Shown one piece after another: positions 50,901 through 64,000 of a stretch of DNA of 64,000 nucleotides (position 1 is its first letter; every line of letters begins with the position of its first letter). The translations under genes and the position numbers were made by a program. The notes below the pieces were generated by a model that had not been told where the DNA came from, ran no database searches, and saw only the letters and a program-made list of their open reading frames with translations. Source of the DNA: Ruditapes philippinarum (taxonomy: Eukaryota); NCBI RefSeq assembly GCF_026571515.1, contig NW_026867067.1:62001-126000 (forward strand), read 5' to 3'.

Positions 50901-51654
50901 ATATTGATTATGGACAAGTTAACGAATTCCTTTTGATATACGAGATACATTTCTTTCGACGAAAACAGACGCGCGCGTGCAAGTAACAAAGTTAATAATG
51001 AAAATTGATTAAAGTTTAACATATCACCCGTATATGATTATTATGACAATGTACAAAAAAGGAAGGGTTTATCGATCTAGGATCTAGAAACAAAATATTT
51101 CTAATTATCCAATGAAAGATTAGTCGGAACTGTACACCAAAGATTAAGAGACTTTGTCTATTACAGTATTACCTCTGCAAAGCAATGCCCTTTAGGAGAG
51201 AAAATATGGTTGTTGTTTCTTTCTTTACACAATTCAGTTGTAGCACCGTCCTCTACCTCTTTTTAACATTTTAACGGGGTTTGTTTTATAATACTGTCAC
51301 CTCAGACTGTCATTTTTACTGGGATTTGACCCCAACCCCCATCAGTAGTTATATATTTTAATGAATTATTCTATTGTGTTTTTGTTCCTTATTTATATAT
51401 ATACATGCATGTTATCAAATTTTGCAGGTACGGGCGTACAGCACGTGTACAGACAATGCTGGAACCATACTGGTACAGAAAATTACATACCAACCGGATG
51501 TGAGGAGGATGACGTTCGAGGTGGTGTCGTCTGCCGCTGTACGGCCGATATCTGCAACGGACAGCAACGCTTGCTACCTTCTGATTATATCTACTTCGCA
51601 CTTCTTTCGTCTGCTGCGCTTATAAGGCAATATTATTACTCGATTCTGATTTGA
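44999..51654 (+). CDS. GPI-anchored Ly6/three-finger protein (quiver/sleepless-like), gene 2, 146 aa
   Basis: Exons 44999-45062 (MMNPFDILFLLTGLILIAQHQA), 47044-47193 (DGLKCYKCSSILDSACSDDW...CSSSAKACQK) and 51428-51654 (RQCW...CRCTADICNG + hydrophobic tail). 10 Cys; phase-1 introns. Confidence 0.92.
47352..47674 (-). mobile_element. Full-length RUDI/V-SINE-like element
   Basis: The - strand begins ggggcctccgtggccgagtggttaa (A box), then ggttcgatcc (B box), a central domain and an A-rich end. Confidence 0.85.
48846..48990. mobile_element. Degenerate hairpin MITE
   Basis: agaggatatttgtttgttt start and central catgagcgcaacagcgagtga, as in 7497-7652. Confidence 0.5.
50383..50729 (+). mobile_element. 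Kolobok-like TTAA MITE in intron 2 of Ly6 gene 2
   Basis: ttaa|aggctcattctgcctca...tgaggcatgatgtgtct|ttaa. Confidence 0.75.
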
Positions 51655-53888
51655 AGCATTAGTCTATATGGATACTTGTACAATAATTTTGCGTGTGAAA
51701 AGTAAATTATTCAAAATTATTTTACATACCCAGCACCAAGAAATTGATTTATTTGACTATGATCAGGAGGAAAATTTTCATCACATATAAAGAGATCTTA
51801 TTTAGAGAAAAAGGATAAATTTTATGACGTTTTATACAAAGGCTGGATGGTTTAATTGTGTGTTCTGTGCTCACAGGAAGTGTTAAAGCTACATGTTTGC
51901 GGGTTTTTTTTTTTTAATGCGTAGCATACATCGGTGAGGTGATTCTTTTCCTGGTAAAAACGCTGATTCTTGATTTTGGAAGTGTCGTCTGCTGCTTGCG
52001 CACGAGAATCTGAAGATCGTTTATGACAAAGAAACATGTATAGTCTCTAAAATAATGGTGGAATGCAAAAATCACCGCTATTTCCATAAATTGTAGCTTG
52101 CATACATGTACATGTAAATGGAATTATTGTTTATAAATAACTAAGTGAGGCTAATAACTGTTTGTTGGAGGAAATCCAAACAGTGAAAATTTAAAAAAAG
52201 TGAAATAAAATGGGAAGATTGATATAAATGTTTAGATATTAATAGTGTGTACGATATACAGGATCAATCAGCCCACCCTTGTGAGAAAATTTAAAAGTAT
52301 TTATTTTGTTTATGCTTGTACAGTATTCTTTTTCACGGATGCGGAATCATAAAAGTGTTGCATATGTGTTTTTATTGGACTGATGATATTCACAACCTTT
52401 GTATCAAAATCAATCAAAAATGCGCAGCATTTGCTTCTTTTACATATCCATGTTTTATCTATGTATTCAACTAATCACCTTTCAATATTTTGTTTATGCG
52501 ATTCATTTTAAACATTTCATGGACGTTGAAAGCAAAAAGACGCGAGTGTTGTGAAAATTATTTTGAACATAAGTTTGAGAAATATTGCTCAATCACCATT
52601 TATGATTAATATGTCACAATTACAAATAATTTGTTAGAATTATATAAATGTGCACAGCTACTTTGTGTTACTTTCTTATCTTTCTTCAGATGCAAGACTA
52701 AGGGAGGTAAACGCATTGGTAATTCGACAAAAGTGTAACGACAGTTACATCCCTTCCTCTATTATCGTTATGTTCTAGCTAGTGTTTGTCATTACACCTT
52801 TGTTGGATATACATCAAAGAAAATAATTATATTACGATCTTCACAGTTTAAAACGTTTTAAACTATTTTTTCTTTTCTTTATTTTTCGTTCGACAATATC
52901 ATAATAACATATACCTTCCGTTTCCTTGTTTCCATTACACATACAAAAGTGCCTGGTTGATTGAGATAAGATGAAAGTAAGTTAGTAAATAAATGTTCAG
53001 CAGTGTCAGATGTAAGTCGGGTGCACTGTTTTGAAGAGCCTTTTTTCGCTTATACTTTGTTTTTACAGAATGTAAATAAGAATTGATTTTGATTATTTAA
53101 ATAAGTGTTCCATCTTTTGAATGATGTTTTCAAATATAGTAAAATTATCGTAAAACAATCGCCCGTTGATCATCAGGACATTATTATAATTAGCACCCGT
53201 TTACTTTTTAAAAAGGTAGCGTTTTCCCGATCTTTTAAGAAAAAGGGCATATCTTCCGATGATATCTTTGCGTGAGTATGTACAATTGTACATAGCACAA
53301 TGCCATCTATTTTCACGTTCAATGAATGAAATATCTAACTTGAAAAATATCCCGAAATCATCTATTAAACGGGTGCCGGGAGAAAAAAGAGAAAATGTCT
53401 TTCTTCATAAATGAAAGTGCACAGAAAATCAATGCGTGCTTATTTATAATTGAAATACAACTATAGATACGAAATTCATTGTGGAAATTCATGAACAAGT
53501 AAGCCGGTATTAAACATTATTTGTAAACAAGTAATGCTAAGAAATAATCCCATTTAAATTTATACACCCTAAAAACACTTATTAAGTGACTCGTATTTCA
53601 GAATTGCGTAACAATAAAGAAAGATCTTATTACTTCCTACATAGCAACGCCAATTAAAAACATTAAACATCCGGTTTACATTCTCTCGATTTATAATTAG
53701 TAAATACAGAAACCCCACAATTATTAAGTCAGGGCCTGATAACGCGCGCGAGCGGAAGCGCCATCTTCTATTCAATTGCATTATCAATGAACGGCCTCAG
53801 GAACAGCTATTTATAAATCGACCTTGAGAGTTTTTTCTGTGTTATAGTCAGATTTTCTAATTTTCTCCAGTGAGTTGTTGTGGATAAA

Positions 53889-56800
53889 ATGGCTTCAACA
53901 AGCACCATTATAGCGATTATTGCGGTGATCTGTGGGTTCATAAAGGAAGGTAAGTGAACTTAACCAATACATAGTTTAGAAACGTATTTTATATATATAT
54001 ATTTTCTTGAATTACTTTAATCGATAAATCATTACGCTCATATTGATGCAACAATGGAGTTCAACAGACCACGACCGAATGTTTCCTTCCGATAATCGAT
54101 ACATGCATGACCTGGATTTGGATTAGTTACCGTTTTATTTTGATTACACGCGAAATGCGATTTTGCCCGGAAATTTGGTAACCCGTGCGATTTGTGTTTA
54201 CACGATTTTGCACATTAATTTACTATGCTATGTATAGTTCAGACATAAGTCATTCAATAAGCGTCCAGTCACCATGAGTCAATATATTGACTTATTACTT
54301 GACAGTGAAAATTCAACATGTGTGCAAAACAACAACAAAAACCAACAACAACAAAAATGGAGCAATTGGACTTTGTAGTATAATATGAGAAATAATATAA
54401 AAGCCATTATTTTCATAAGATAACATCTTAATTCACACCGGGTCACTTAAGGCGATTTGCTGATAAACTTTCCGAATAAAACAAGCCACCTGTCGTTCTT
54501 ACATTGTGACGTTTTGTAATCTAGCAAGAGTTCAAACAAAGGAAATGCATAAATATGGTCGCTAGACGCACAACTCTAGGAATAATGCGACTACTCCAGG
54601 AATAATGTGATAATGTCACAACCCCGTGAATAAGCTCACTACTTCAGGAATAAGGGTACTACCCCATGATTAAGATCACTACTTGAATAAGGCTATAACT
54701 CTTAGAATAAGGTCACTACTCCATATTTAAGATCACTACTTCCAAGAATAAGGTCATTTCACCAGGAATAATGTCATTACCTGTGGAATATGGTCATTAC
54801 TCCCTGATTACGGTTACTTGTCCGTGAATAAGGCCACTACCCCCATGATTAAGGTCACTACTCCAGGAATAAGGGTATTACTCTAAGAATAAGGTCGCTA
54901 CTCCATTAATAAGGCTTTTATTTCAAGGATAAGGTCACTACTCCAGAATAAGGGCTACTACTTCATGAATTAGGTCACTATTCCAGATTTTAGGTCACTA
55001 CTGCATGAATAAGGTCATTTTACCAGGAATAATGGCATTGCCCGTGGAATAAGGTAATTACTCCATAACAATGGTTACTAGTCCGTGAATAAAGTAACTT
55101 CTCCAGAAATAAAGTCATTACTCAAGTATTAGGGTCTAAAGTCTACGAATACATGTATAATGCGACAACTCTAGGAAATAGCCCCCCCCCCGACTCAAGG
55201 ACACTGTCACACCTGGGATTCATTACGAATTGCATGGTTATTCATTGAGGAACTAGAGGTTTGTTTAGTTTAAACATTTATTTTAGCATGATCATGATGA
55301 AAGTTTAAAGATTACTTTTATCACCATTTACACTCAGACGAGTTTGTCTGCATGCAAGCCGACTGAATCTAAAATAAATCTTAACATTACTTGTTGTTGT
55401 TGATTTTATAGTTTTAAATTCACTTTAATGGATGTATTAGAGAGTTTTGCGTTGAATAAATAGCTATATATGAAAGAAAGGAGAGGCTTTAAAAGTTGTA
55501 AACCCATTTTCTTAAAAATTTGAACGAAAAAGTTGCATTCAATTTTGTTGAAAATTTACATAATAACGTTTGTTTGTTTACTTTAACACATTATTGCACA
55601 TTTTGAAAAGATGATACAAAAAATTGTTCAAGGTCTTGGCGCACTAAAGTGTTTAACTAAATAGCTACTTTCATATGTTTTAATTTTGCCGAGAAAGGGC
55701 GTCTTAAAATGAAGACATATATCATGTATATCATGACACTATAAAACCTGCAGGCTTAATTTAATTATACTAAAGACAAAACAGAGCCTTATTTATTTAC
55801 GTTTTACGTACAGGGTGGGGTGTTACCGCGTTTTACTGTTTTTATACAGATAAAGAAGAAGTTATGAATATAATTGACCGATTTGCCTTATAAGGACCCT
55901 TTTTATTTCAATTTAGTTGAAACAGGGTCTTTTAAGTAGAATTTTGAAAGACCCTTGTTGAAATCATATTTTTGTCCTATGAAATCGATCATTTTTACAT
56001 TTAATTTGTTAGGTCAACATTAAACAGTAACCTATACATAAAATACGCTTTAAATGACGAGCTTAAATATTGCTGGTTTAACATACGCTCTTGGTGGGTC
56101 TTTAAATGAGTAAAAACTGTGCCGATAATAGATTACCACGCGTAAATACCTTGGCAAGGCTCGGTGAAAACGTGGCGGTAAAGGCATTTTAACAAATGGC
56201 AAATTCTTTACGTTGACAACATTAATCTTCCGTATTTAGGTGTTATGTTTTATTTCAAATGCATTCAAATATGGCCATTAACCGTTTTCAGTAACATGTT
56301 ACTTTTTGAATCGATGTACGTCGGTACATTCGTACCTTGTTGCCTTAGAGTAAATAACTAAATATCCGTGGACGGAAAAAGGTCTCATCTCTTGTGATAA
56401 TCGCAATGATTTACTTCAATTCAGTAATATTTAGGAGGTGAAAACGGATATTCATTTATTCCGGGTAGTATCTCATCCTTACTGTAACCGAAGGAGGCAG
56501 AAGAAATTCATCGATGCAGTATCGTACCTTTGTATTGCACCGATTGTCAACGGTTTTAGTTAAGTTAAACATTGTAGAAGTGTTGTAACTTGAGTTTATT
56601 TCACAATCACCATTAATTTACATTTGTAGAATATTGCAAAATAAATTTAACCGCGGCAAAGACGCATGTATATTACTAAGAAGGTCACGAGCGTAGAATT
56701 GCGTTATCTTATTACTTTCCATGGCTTTAATTAGTTGGGACGTTTACTTATAGATTAATAAAATACAGTCAAGGTCCAATCCAGATGTTCCAAGTTTGAA

Positions 56801-58783
56801 ATATCTTCGGCTATTTTGGCGCCTAAACAGACCCAACATTGACCTAACAGTGCGGGAAAAAGACAGAGGACTTTATTTTGGCTTATTTTCTCCGACTTGT
56901 TCATTTTGTTTTGTATTTTATTTTCTGTTCTAGGTAATGCACTGAGTTGCTTCAATTGCTCAAGCGTGCTTGACTCAAAGTGCGGGAAAACTTGGGAATA
57001 CTCCGGCACGGAAGGGGATAAGTACTTGGTGAAATGTGTAGGAAACACCGTAGCATGTAGAAAACTTGAAACTACTGACACATATAAAGGTACTTTGACT
57101 AAGTTACTACATTAATAATTAAGAATGCTAAAGTGGATTTCATCAATATTCTGTTGTCTCATATAATTTAAAGATTTAATAAATAATTCAATTCTAAAAA
57201 TCCGCAAACTTTTCAAAAGTTCAAGTTTCAAAACTCGTTGTCATGCCAACGATGATCTAGTGATAAGTCACATTCTCAAATTTATAACTTATGGGCACGA
57301 GATCATTAATGGTCCACTGAAATCCTTTGTATTCATAAACTCATAAAATGTCTATTGTCAGCTTTGCACGTGTAAATCGTTATTCCTGTAAGTATAAAAT
57401 TATTCATCTAAACTTCAAAAAACTTTGGTCAAAGTTTTCCCCCAACTTTTGGGAAAAGGGGCAGTTTTAAGGGGAAAAGAAATAAATAAAACCAAAACCA
57501 AAAATGGGTTTTAGATGCGTAAGCCTAGAAATAGGTTCTAGGCAACTTTTTTTGAAAACTTTACATTGGGAAAAAGGTCATATGTTTTGGGTTACTTTTA
57601 ATAACTTTTTCTAATGTTTAACCCTGGGAAAATACGGTCTTAATTGAAAATAATCATAAACTATCGGCAACAAGGTCAAACCATAGGAAAAATGAATCCC
57701 TAATGATAGGGTTAGATTTACAAAAAAAAACTGACTGAATATTGTTAACAATTATATTTAGCATGATGATCAGTTGTACAGTGGAAGTTTGTATACGACT
57801 TTAGCAAATAAGTTATAACTAGGAATGTTATTATATTACAAAACTTGAACTGCAACGCTTTTATAAACATGATTTGAATGATATGTAATTTGCATATCTT
57901 TCAATTCAGTCATTTGTAATGAGGTTCATTTTACCCCCTTTCTTGTTAAACATGCAACATATGCATATTTTGTTTACATTTTCATCGCTGTTCATCAAGA
58001 CAGCCGATAGCAAAATAAGTTTTTGGGTCAAATTGGATTTTATTTGATTGAAGAGAACAAATTGCAAAATTACATGTCGATCTATAGGAGCTTATTGAAA
58101 TGTTATGAAGTTACACAAGTATTAAATATTTATTGCATTTCTATGCTTTGCTATATTCAACTTTTGAACTAAAATACGGGCTGCTAGAAATTGACATAAA
58201 ACAGGCACGACAAAATCAATTGTCCGTATTACCTAGGTTGTCCCACAGCCTGTTAGGTCTTGTGGAAAATTTCAGCATTTACTGTATCAATATCATACGG
58301 ACAATTTACTATTGTCGGGAGATAAAAATGGAATCAGATTTTGCCGCCCCTGTAAAATGACTAATGTTTTCTGAATCAATTTAGGCCAATAATTGACCAA
58401 AAATACAGACCGTGTAGATTGATCCTAGTTTTGCCTGATAATCTTATGTGCATACTTAGCACTGAAAAGAGCATTCATGAGCGTCTTTTACATGTTTGTT
58501 CACGTGAGAGTATTAAAGCCATGTTTATAGCATCCGTGCTATATTTTACCGTTATATTTTTATAGGAATGACGGTAGTTCTGAGGTCGTGTTGGAACGTG
58601 AGCAGTGTGGAAGACCTCGATGAGGAGTTCTTGGACTGTAGAAAGATGGCCAGTATCGGAAAAGCGTGCTACTGTAACAAGGACCTTGATGGCGGGAAAC
58701 CTTGCAACGGGAGACAACCGTTGGTTGCATTCGCTGGACTAATCATATCAACCGTTTTAGCAGCACTTTGTCATTTGTTCTGA
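53889..58783 (+). CDS. GPI-anchored Ly6/three-finger protein (quiver/sleepless-like), gene 3, 144 aa
   Basis: Exons 53889-53949 (MASTSTIIAIIAVICGFIKEG), 56934-57089 (NALSCFNCSSVLDSKCGKTW...CVGNTVACRK) and 58566-58783 (RSCW...CYCNKDLDGGKPCNG + hydrophobic tail). Confidence 0.92.
54575..55135. repeat. Degenerate ~21-bp minisatellite in intron 1 of Ly6 gene 3
   Basis: gaataaggtcactactcca(g) variants, roughly 25 copies. Bracketed by acaactctaggaa at ~54570 and ~55165. Confidence 0.9.
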
Positions 58784-59701
58784 AGATCAGTTATCTTTTC
58801 ATCACATTTTGGAAAATCATAGGTCACGAAATAATTGGAAAATGAAAAAAGCAATAGCATTTTGAAAAATTTAATCGTAACATTACACTTGGTTGGTATT
58901 TTTTTGTTTGTAAGTGCTGGGACTTACAAAAAAGTGCAATTTATTAGTCAAAAATAATTCGATTCATAAACAGCTTATGAGACTCAAGTTAATGTTGTTG
59001 ACCTGAATTTCTCTTTAACAGAGGCGGATATTGACCATTTATAAATTAAAACAACTCCTCTACCTTTATGAAGGGATTTTAGAAAAAGTTCAAAATTTGA
59101 TCTATTTTTATCAGAAATTAAATAATAATCACATAGCTTAGAACAAGGTCCCAATTTACTGAATGATTTTTTTTTTCTAAAATAAAAAAAAAATTTTGAT
59201 AAAGAATATCAAAATGAGGACCCAGTGTGTTGACAGTAAAGCCTGTAACCAGGTGAAATTGAAAAGATAAAATGCAAATGGGTCATCCTGATAAGCAAGG
59301 CTAATGTCCTGGGTTAACTTAAGGTCAAATTAAATTGAGATTGAATTTTCAGTCATATTTAAATGAAAATTGCATAAATTGACATAATGTTCCTTTTATG
59401 TGGTGTATGGTAAAATAAAGTTAAAAAACACCAAACAGGTTTATATGATTACAATTAATTCTACAATTTTTTGAAAAGATATTTTTGACATGCATAAAGG
59501 TTTTTTTCTTTGTTTAAAGATCATGAAGCATCTCTTTGTATTAAGTCATTTATTATCAATGTGTCATGCAAAATAAACTGCAGAAACAATTTAAACTAGA
59601 GACAAACACTGGTATCAGATGAAGTTGGTATATAAATAAAATAAATGACTGGTTGGTAGAAAGTAGCAGGGATATTATTTACAAACTTATGCAATAGTTA
59701 A

Positions 59702-60060
59702 AGGCCCATCATGCCTCATGCAGAAAGGACTATTTTAATTTCTCAAAAAACTTATTATTTTTGATGTACTTTTACATTTTCCCCAAAAGTTACTCATTGG
59801 CCAATTACCTGAACCATCTTCTTCCTCTGTTCTTTTTGGCATTTAATTAATACAGTTAAAGCAATATTTTGTATGGAAGTCAAAAACTACTTTGTTTACT
59901 TTTTGGTACTTTTTTGACAAATTATTTCGCAATTAGCGCAACTTTCTTCAGAAAATAAGCATCTTACATGCTCTTAAACCATTATTTAAACGTTATAAAA
60001 TTCAGGTTTGCCCTTTCTGAAGAAGTAAAATTGTATTCGTTTTTGAGGCATAATGTGCCT
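59702..60060 (+). mobile_element. Kolobok-like TTAA MITE
   Basis: ttaa|aggcccatcatgcctca...tgaggcataatgtgcct|ttaa. Confidence 0.8.
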
Positions 60061-62267
60061 TTAAGACAGATTAATGTATATAAACTTACATTAAGTTTAA
60101 ACAAATAAAATTAATGTTTGTCTGGTAAATTGTTAGAAAATGTGAATAATTTATCAGTATTTTTCCTTATTTGGATGGATGCAGTGTTAAAGAGGATTTG
60201 GGGTTAGATGAATTTTCATGTATTTTATTAGACATGAATTACGTGCATGTGATTTGAATTCTCATGTAGTACCTTTTTTTATAGAGAACTTAAAAGTATT
60301 TGCAAGGGAGCTCATGATATATATACTATATTCTATTATTTTAACATTTGAAAATCCCATTGTTGCCATATCAAGGTGTGACCGATGCTAGATATAAAGG
60401 ACACACATGGCAATATTGGATCTACATCCCTTCACCAATAAAGCTGGGGGTGAAGCTAAAAGTGTCAGCTTAGATTATCTCCCTTTAACCATACATCTAT
60501 TATAAGCTTTAATTAGATTAACTCCCTTTAACCATACATAAGATAAATAACATCAAGTTGCAACAATTAATATTTCGTGAAATTTTGTATTTTTTTGCTG
60601 GTTTATTATGAATATATGGAAATACTCTGCAGTCTGCAATCCAATATATTATGTCAAAAAAGATGTAGTAAATAACAGTGTATGGGAGAAAAAAATACAT
60701 ATAGTTTGTCTTTAGGCAGGACTTGTGTATTTTGTATACTGCTTAATGAGAATATTATATCATAATGCATGTAAAAAATGAGAATTGTTGTACACAATTT
60801 ATAACATGTGCCAAGTGACAAATTGCATTTACTTTATTATCTAGCATATGCAAAGATGCTTGGGATTGTGTTACTTTCTTGATTTAAATGTACAGTTTCA
60901 TAAGTGCAAAATTAATAAAAACAGTTTTATACATTTTGCATTTAAAGCAACACTTATATAAACTGTATATCCATGGGAACAACATCTGAGACAGCTGCCT
61001 GTGCATAGACATGAAAATTTAGTTCTGGCCAGAACATTCCCCCAACCCCCCAAAAAACAACAAACAAACAAAAAACACCAAATTTCAGAAATCTTAATTT
61101 TTTTGTGAAAGAGATCAAAGAGATCAAGAGATACTGGCTCTACAGAAAACTTAAAACTTGTGATTTTGCTATTTAGAGGTTATGACTGCATACTAAATAA
61201 TGATTTAGTGCAAATTGAATATACATTTGTATATAGTTTATATGTAGGATGTGTAGATTTTTTGTATACAAGCTTACTGTATTAGGGCCTATTATATATG
61301 CTTATTCTGCCAATAGTTTCTTTGTTTTTTTATAGATTTTATATACATGCTTATTCTTATTATAACTAGAAAGCTTCATTTTTTCGTAAGTTTGTACTAT
61401 TTTTCTATTCTCTTTAATAAATAGGTGCCTAAATCAAACTCTTTTTCATAAAGAACATATTCAAAAAGTAAAAAAAAACCTAATCACTTTTCATATATTA
61501 CCTCAGAAAATGAACCATTGTTAAAGAAATTATATTATTAATATATTTTTTACTAAAATTATATTACCTCACTTTTTACCAATACTTCACAGCCGTCAAG
61601 TTTGTACTGTTAACTTTCAACAATAGAATCTCTTCAAAAATAAAATCTCATTTTCACTGTTTGAAACTATTTTTTTAAAAAAAACATTTGTGCATCTTGA
61701 AACAAATATATTGTCACTGCACTGTACTTTTATACTTACATAAAAAAACAAACATCCAACCAAAAGATATTCTATTTTTCTTCTAAAAATTGTAATTAAA
61801 ATATTTTAAGTAAATATATCTTGCATTCTTTTCATAAATGACATACTGAAACGATAATTTTTTCTTACTATTTCTCAAAAAATTATCAAATTTTTGAAGA
61901 GTAAGCAGATAAAATCTGCAAATACAATGTACATACTCCTCGAGTTAAACAGCAATTCACCAGTTAACCTTTTCTTTCTGATATAAAATCTGATATACTT
62001 CTTGTTCGGAACAGTTTTGTTAAACTATATTTTGGTGCAATTTTTATTTTTTTGTCAGATTCACAAGATGAACTTTCCTTTATCTAGTTTTAAAAGGCAC
62101 AGTTTTGTTACTGCCTTTTTGTTTCTTCTGTAAATTGTTCAATGCTAGAGATGTTTATATTAATATTTACTGCAGAATGTATTATATTATATCATGATAG
62201 ATTTCTTTTGTTGCTATAGAGATGTTCATGTAGTAACCATTGCTATGGCACGCTTTTCTCTACACCT

Positions 62268-62502
62268 GGGCCCCGTCATGACAAAACCAACAAAATGCGA
62301 TTGCGACCAGCATGGATCTAGACCAGCCTGCCCATCTGCGCAGTCTGATCAGGATTCATACTGTTTGCTATCAGTTTCTCTTCTTGTAATGGAGTTGGTT
62401 AGCGAACAGCATGGATCCTGATCAGACTGCGCGGATGCGCAGGCTTGTCTGGATCCATGCTGGTCGCAAACCCATTATGTTGGTTTTGTCCTGACACGGC
62501 TC
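62268..62502. mobile_element. GAG..CTC-family palindromic MITE, TSD ACCT
   Basis: Same family; acct at 62264-62267 and 62503-62506. Confidence 0.85.
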
Positions 62503-63529
62503 ACCTGATTTTGCTATTTTCGGACTGTTTGCTCTTATATTGATTTAGTCCTAGGTCAGGCATCAGTGTTAATAAGCTCGCCAGTTTTCCCTACATAAGT
62601 ATTGCTTTACTTACATAACTTAACTAGCTGCTATATCCATTCACCTGTCATAGAACCATTGATCATTTTTAGGAAAAATTTCAAACTTATGATGTACTGA
62701 ATGAAAGCACACAATGCAGACCATGTCCAGATGGCATGGATATGCTGGCTGATTTTAGCCAGCACTTGTCACATTACTTGCTAATAGCTGGCTAAGGGGT
62801 TAGAATTTCATTGTGCATTGTTTATATTTATAGAGAATCAGCTTTTATATACAACTGGAGTAAATAATTTTTGTGCACAAATTAAATATTAATATTGAAA
62901 TTTTGGTCATTTTTCCATACATTAATTGTGTACCTAATATTTTGTTGGAATCACACATATATACAGTAGATCCTGGATAATTACTCTGTTATTTGGATAT
63001 AAACAAGGACGTTGATAAGGTTAAAGCATAACTCATAAAATTTCTGTATATATTATTAATATTCATATCCTTTATCTGTTGGTGCCTACATTCCATTGAT
63101 AATACACAGAAAAAAACCTCTTATTTAATCACCAATCTTTTCTGTTGTAGAATGGTATAAATTTGAATGAGAAAATGTTTGTTATAAATAAAACTGAAGG
63201 CAAATTTAGTGCGAGTTTATCAGATGGAATGTATGTTATATGTAAATATATTGAGTGCAAGTTTTGTTTTCAAAGACATAAATGATTTTACAAAAATGTT
63301 ACTCTTCAAAGTTATAGGTCATACAGCAAAGATGAAAATTTGTCGTGTATGTGTTATGTTTGGCCTCTTTGGCCCACAGGGTAAAGACCAATACTGTTGC
63401 CTGATACCTCTATAGGTTCTAGTCGTACCTTTAAAATTTGTCATGTTATTTTCAAGAATAAATCCAAATATTGGGAAGTTGATGATTCTTCTTATGAATA
63501 TAAATAAATTTTATGGATTGAGCCAGCTG

Positions 63530-63700
63530 AAAGAAATTACAGAGCCTAAAATAATTAACATATGCTGAAATAATTAACAGGGTCTGAAATAATTAACCGA
63601 GGCTGAGCTAATTAATATACATAGCCTGAACTTATTTACAAAGCCTGAATTAAATTGCATTAATTATCAGAGCCTTAATTACTGAGTCTGACTTAATTTA
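63530..63700. repeat. Degenerate ~20-bp minisatellite
   Basis: Recurring (g)cctgaaataattaaca-like units. Confidence 0.55.
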
Positions 63701-64000
63701 AACTAAATATCAAAGGGACATAACTTTTACAGCTACTTCATTGTATTTCCATGATATGAAAAATTCCATTATTTTAAAACAACATAGTACAGGCAATGTG
63801 TGTACTGCAAAATGAATGGATAGATTTATATTATTGCCAGATCTGTATGAATGATGTGTTATTTAAATGTTGTAACATTATATTGTTGTTTAACATTTTT
63901 TTCCTTTGTGATCACTTGAATGTCAAATGACTTTTTCACTTGAATGTCAAATGATTTAGTCTTTTGAATGTCAAATGATTTAGTTATTTTTAGGCAAGAA

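Noticed and set aside
53806-53820. TATA-like tataaat upstream of Ly6 gene 3
   Set aside because: The motif is uninformative in such AT-rich DNA, and a good splice acceptor at 53870 suggests an upstream non-coding exon instead.
60100-64000. Possible fourth Ly6 gene or other coding exons
   Set aside because: No signal-peptide exon or Cys-pattern exon found; AT-rich UTR/intergenic-like sequence with one MITE.

Overview
AT-rich eukaryotic genomic DNA with spliceosomal introns. The repeat inventory (RUDI/V-SINE-like SINEs, pearl/DTC84-like Helentron-associated elements) points to a bivalve mollusc; this is inferred, not proven. Main content: (1) A 10-exon + strand gene (22393-29610, start exon uncertain) that splices in frame into a type-I membrane protein: three Ig-like ectodomains, one TM helix, a Cys-rich juxtamembrane segment, two UIM-like motifs and a complete HECT E3 ligase domain with its catalytic Cys. 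This candidate receptor-type HECT ligase is the most interesting item. A diverged paralogous exon lies head-to-head at 3887-4216 (-). (2) A tandem cluster of three 3-exon GPI-anchored Ly6/three-finger (quiver/sleepless-like) genes at 36146-58783. (3) A 7.2-kb CCCAG-ended CMC/EnSpm-like element with a 2-bp TSD carrying a spliced DUF4806/BEN-like pseudogene; its empty site survives in a local duplicate. (4) Many nested MITEs, HINEs, foldback elements, SINEs and minisatellites. All gene models and family calls were made by eye, with no database searches. Some stretches look like noisy consensus sequence.
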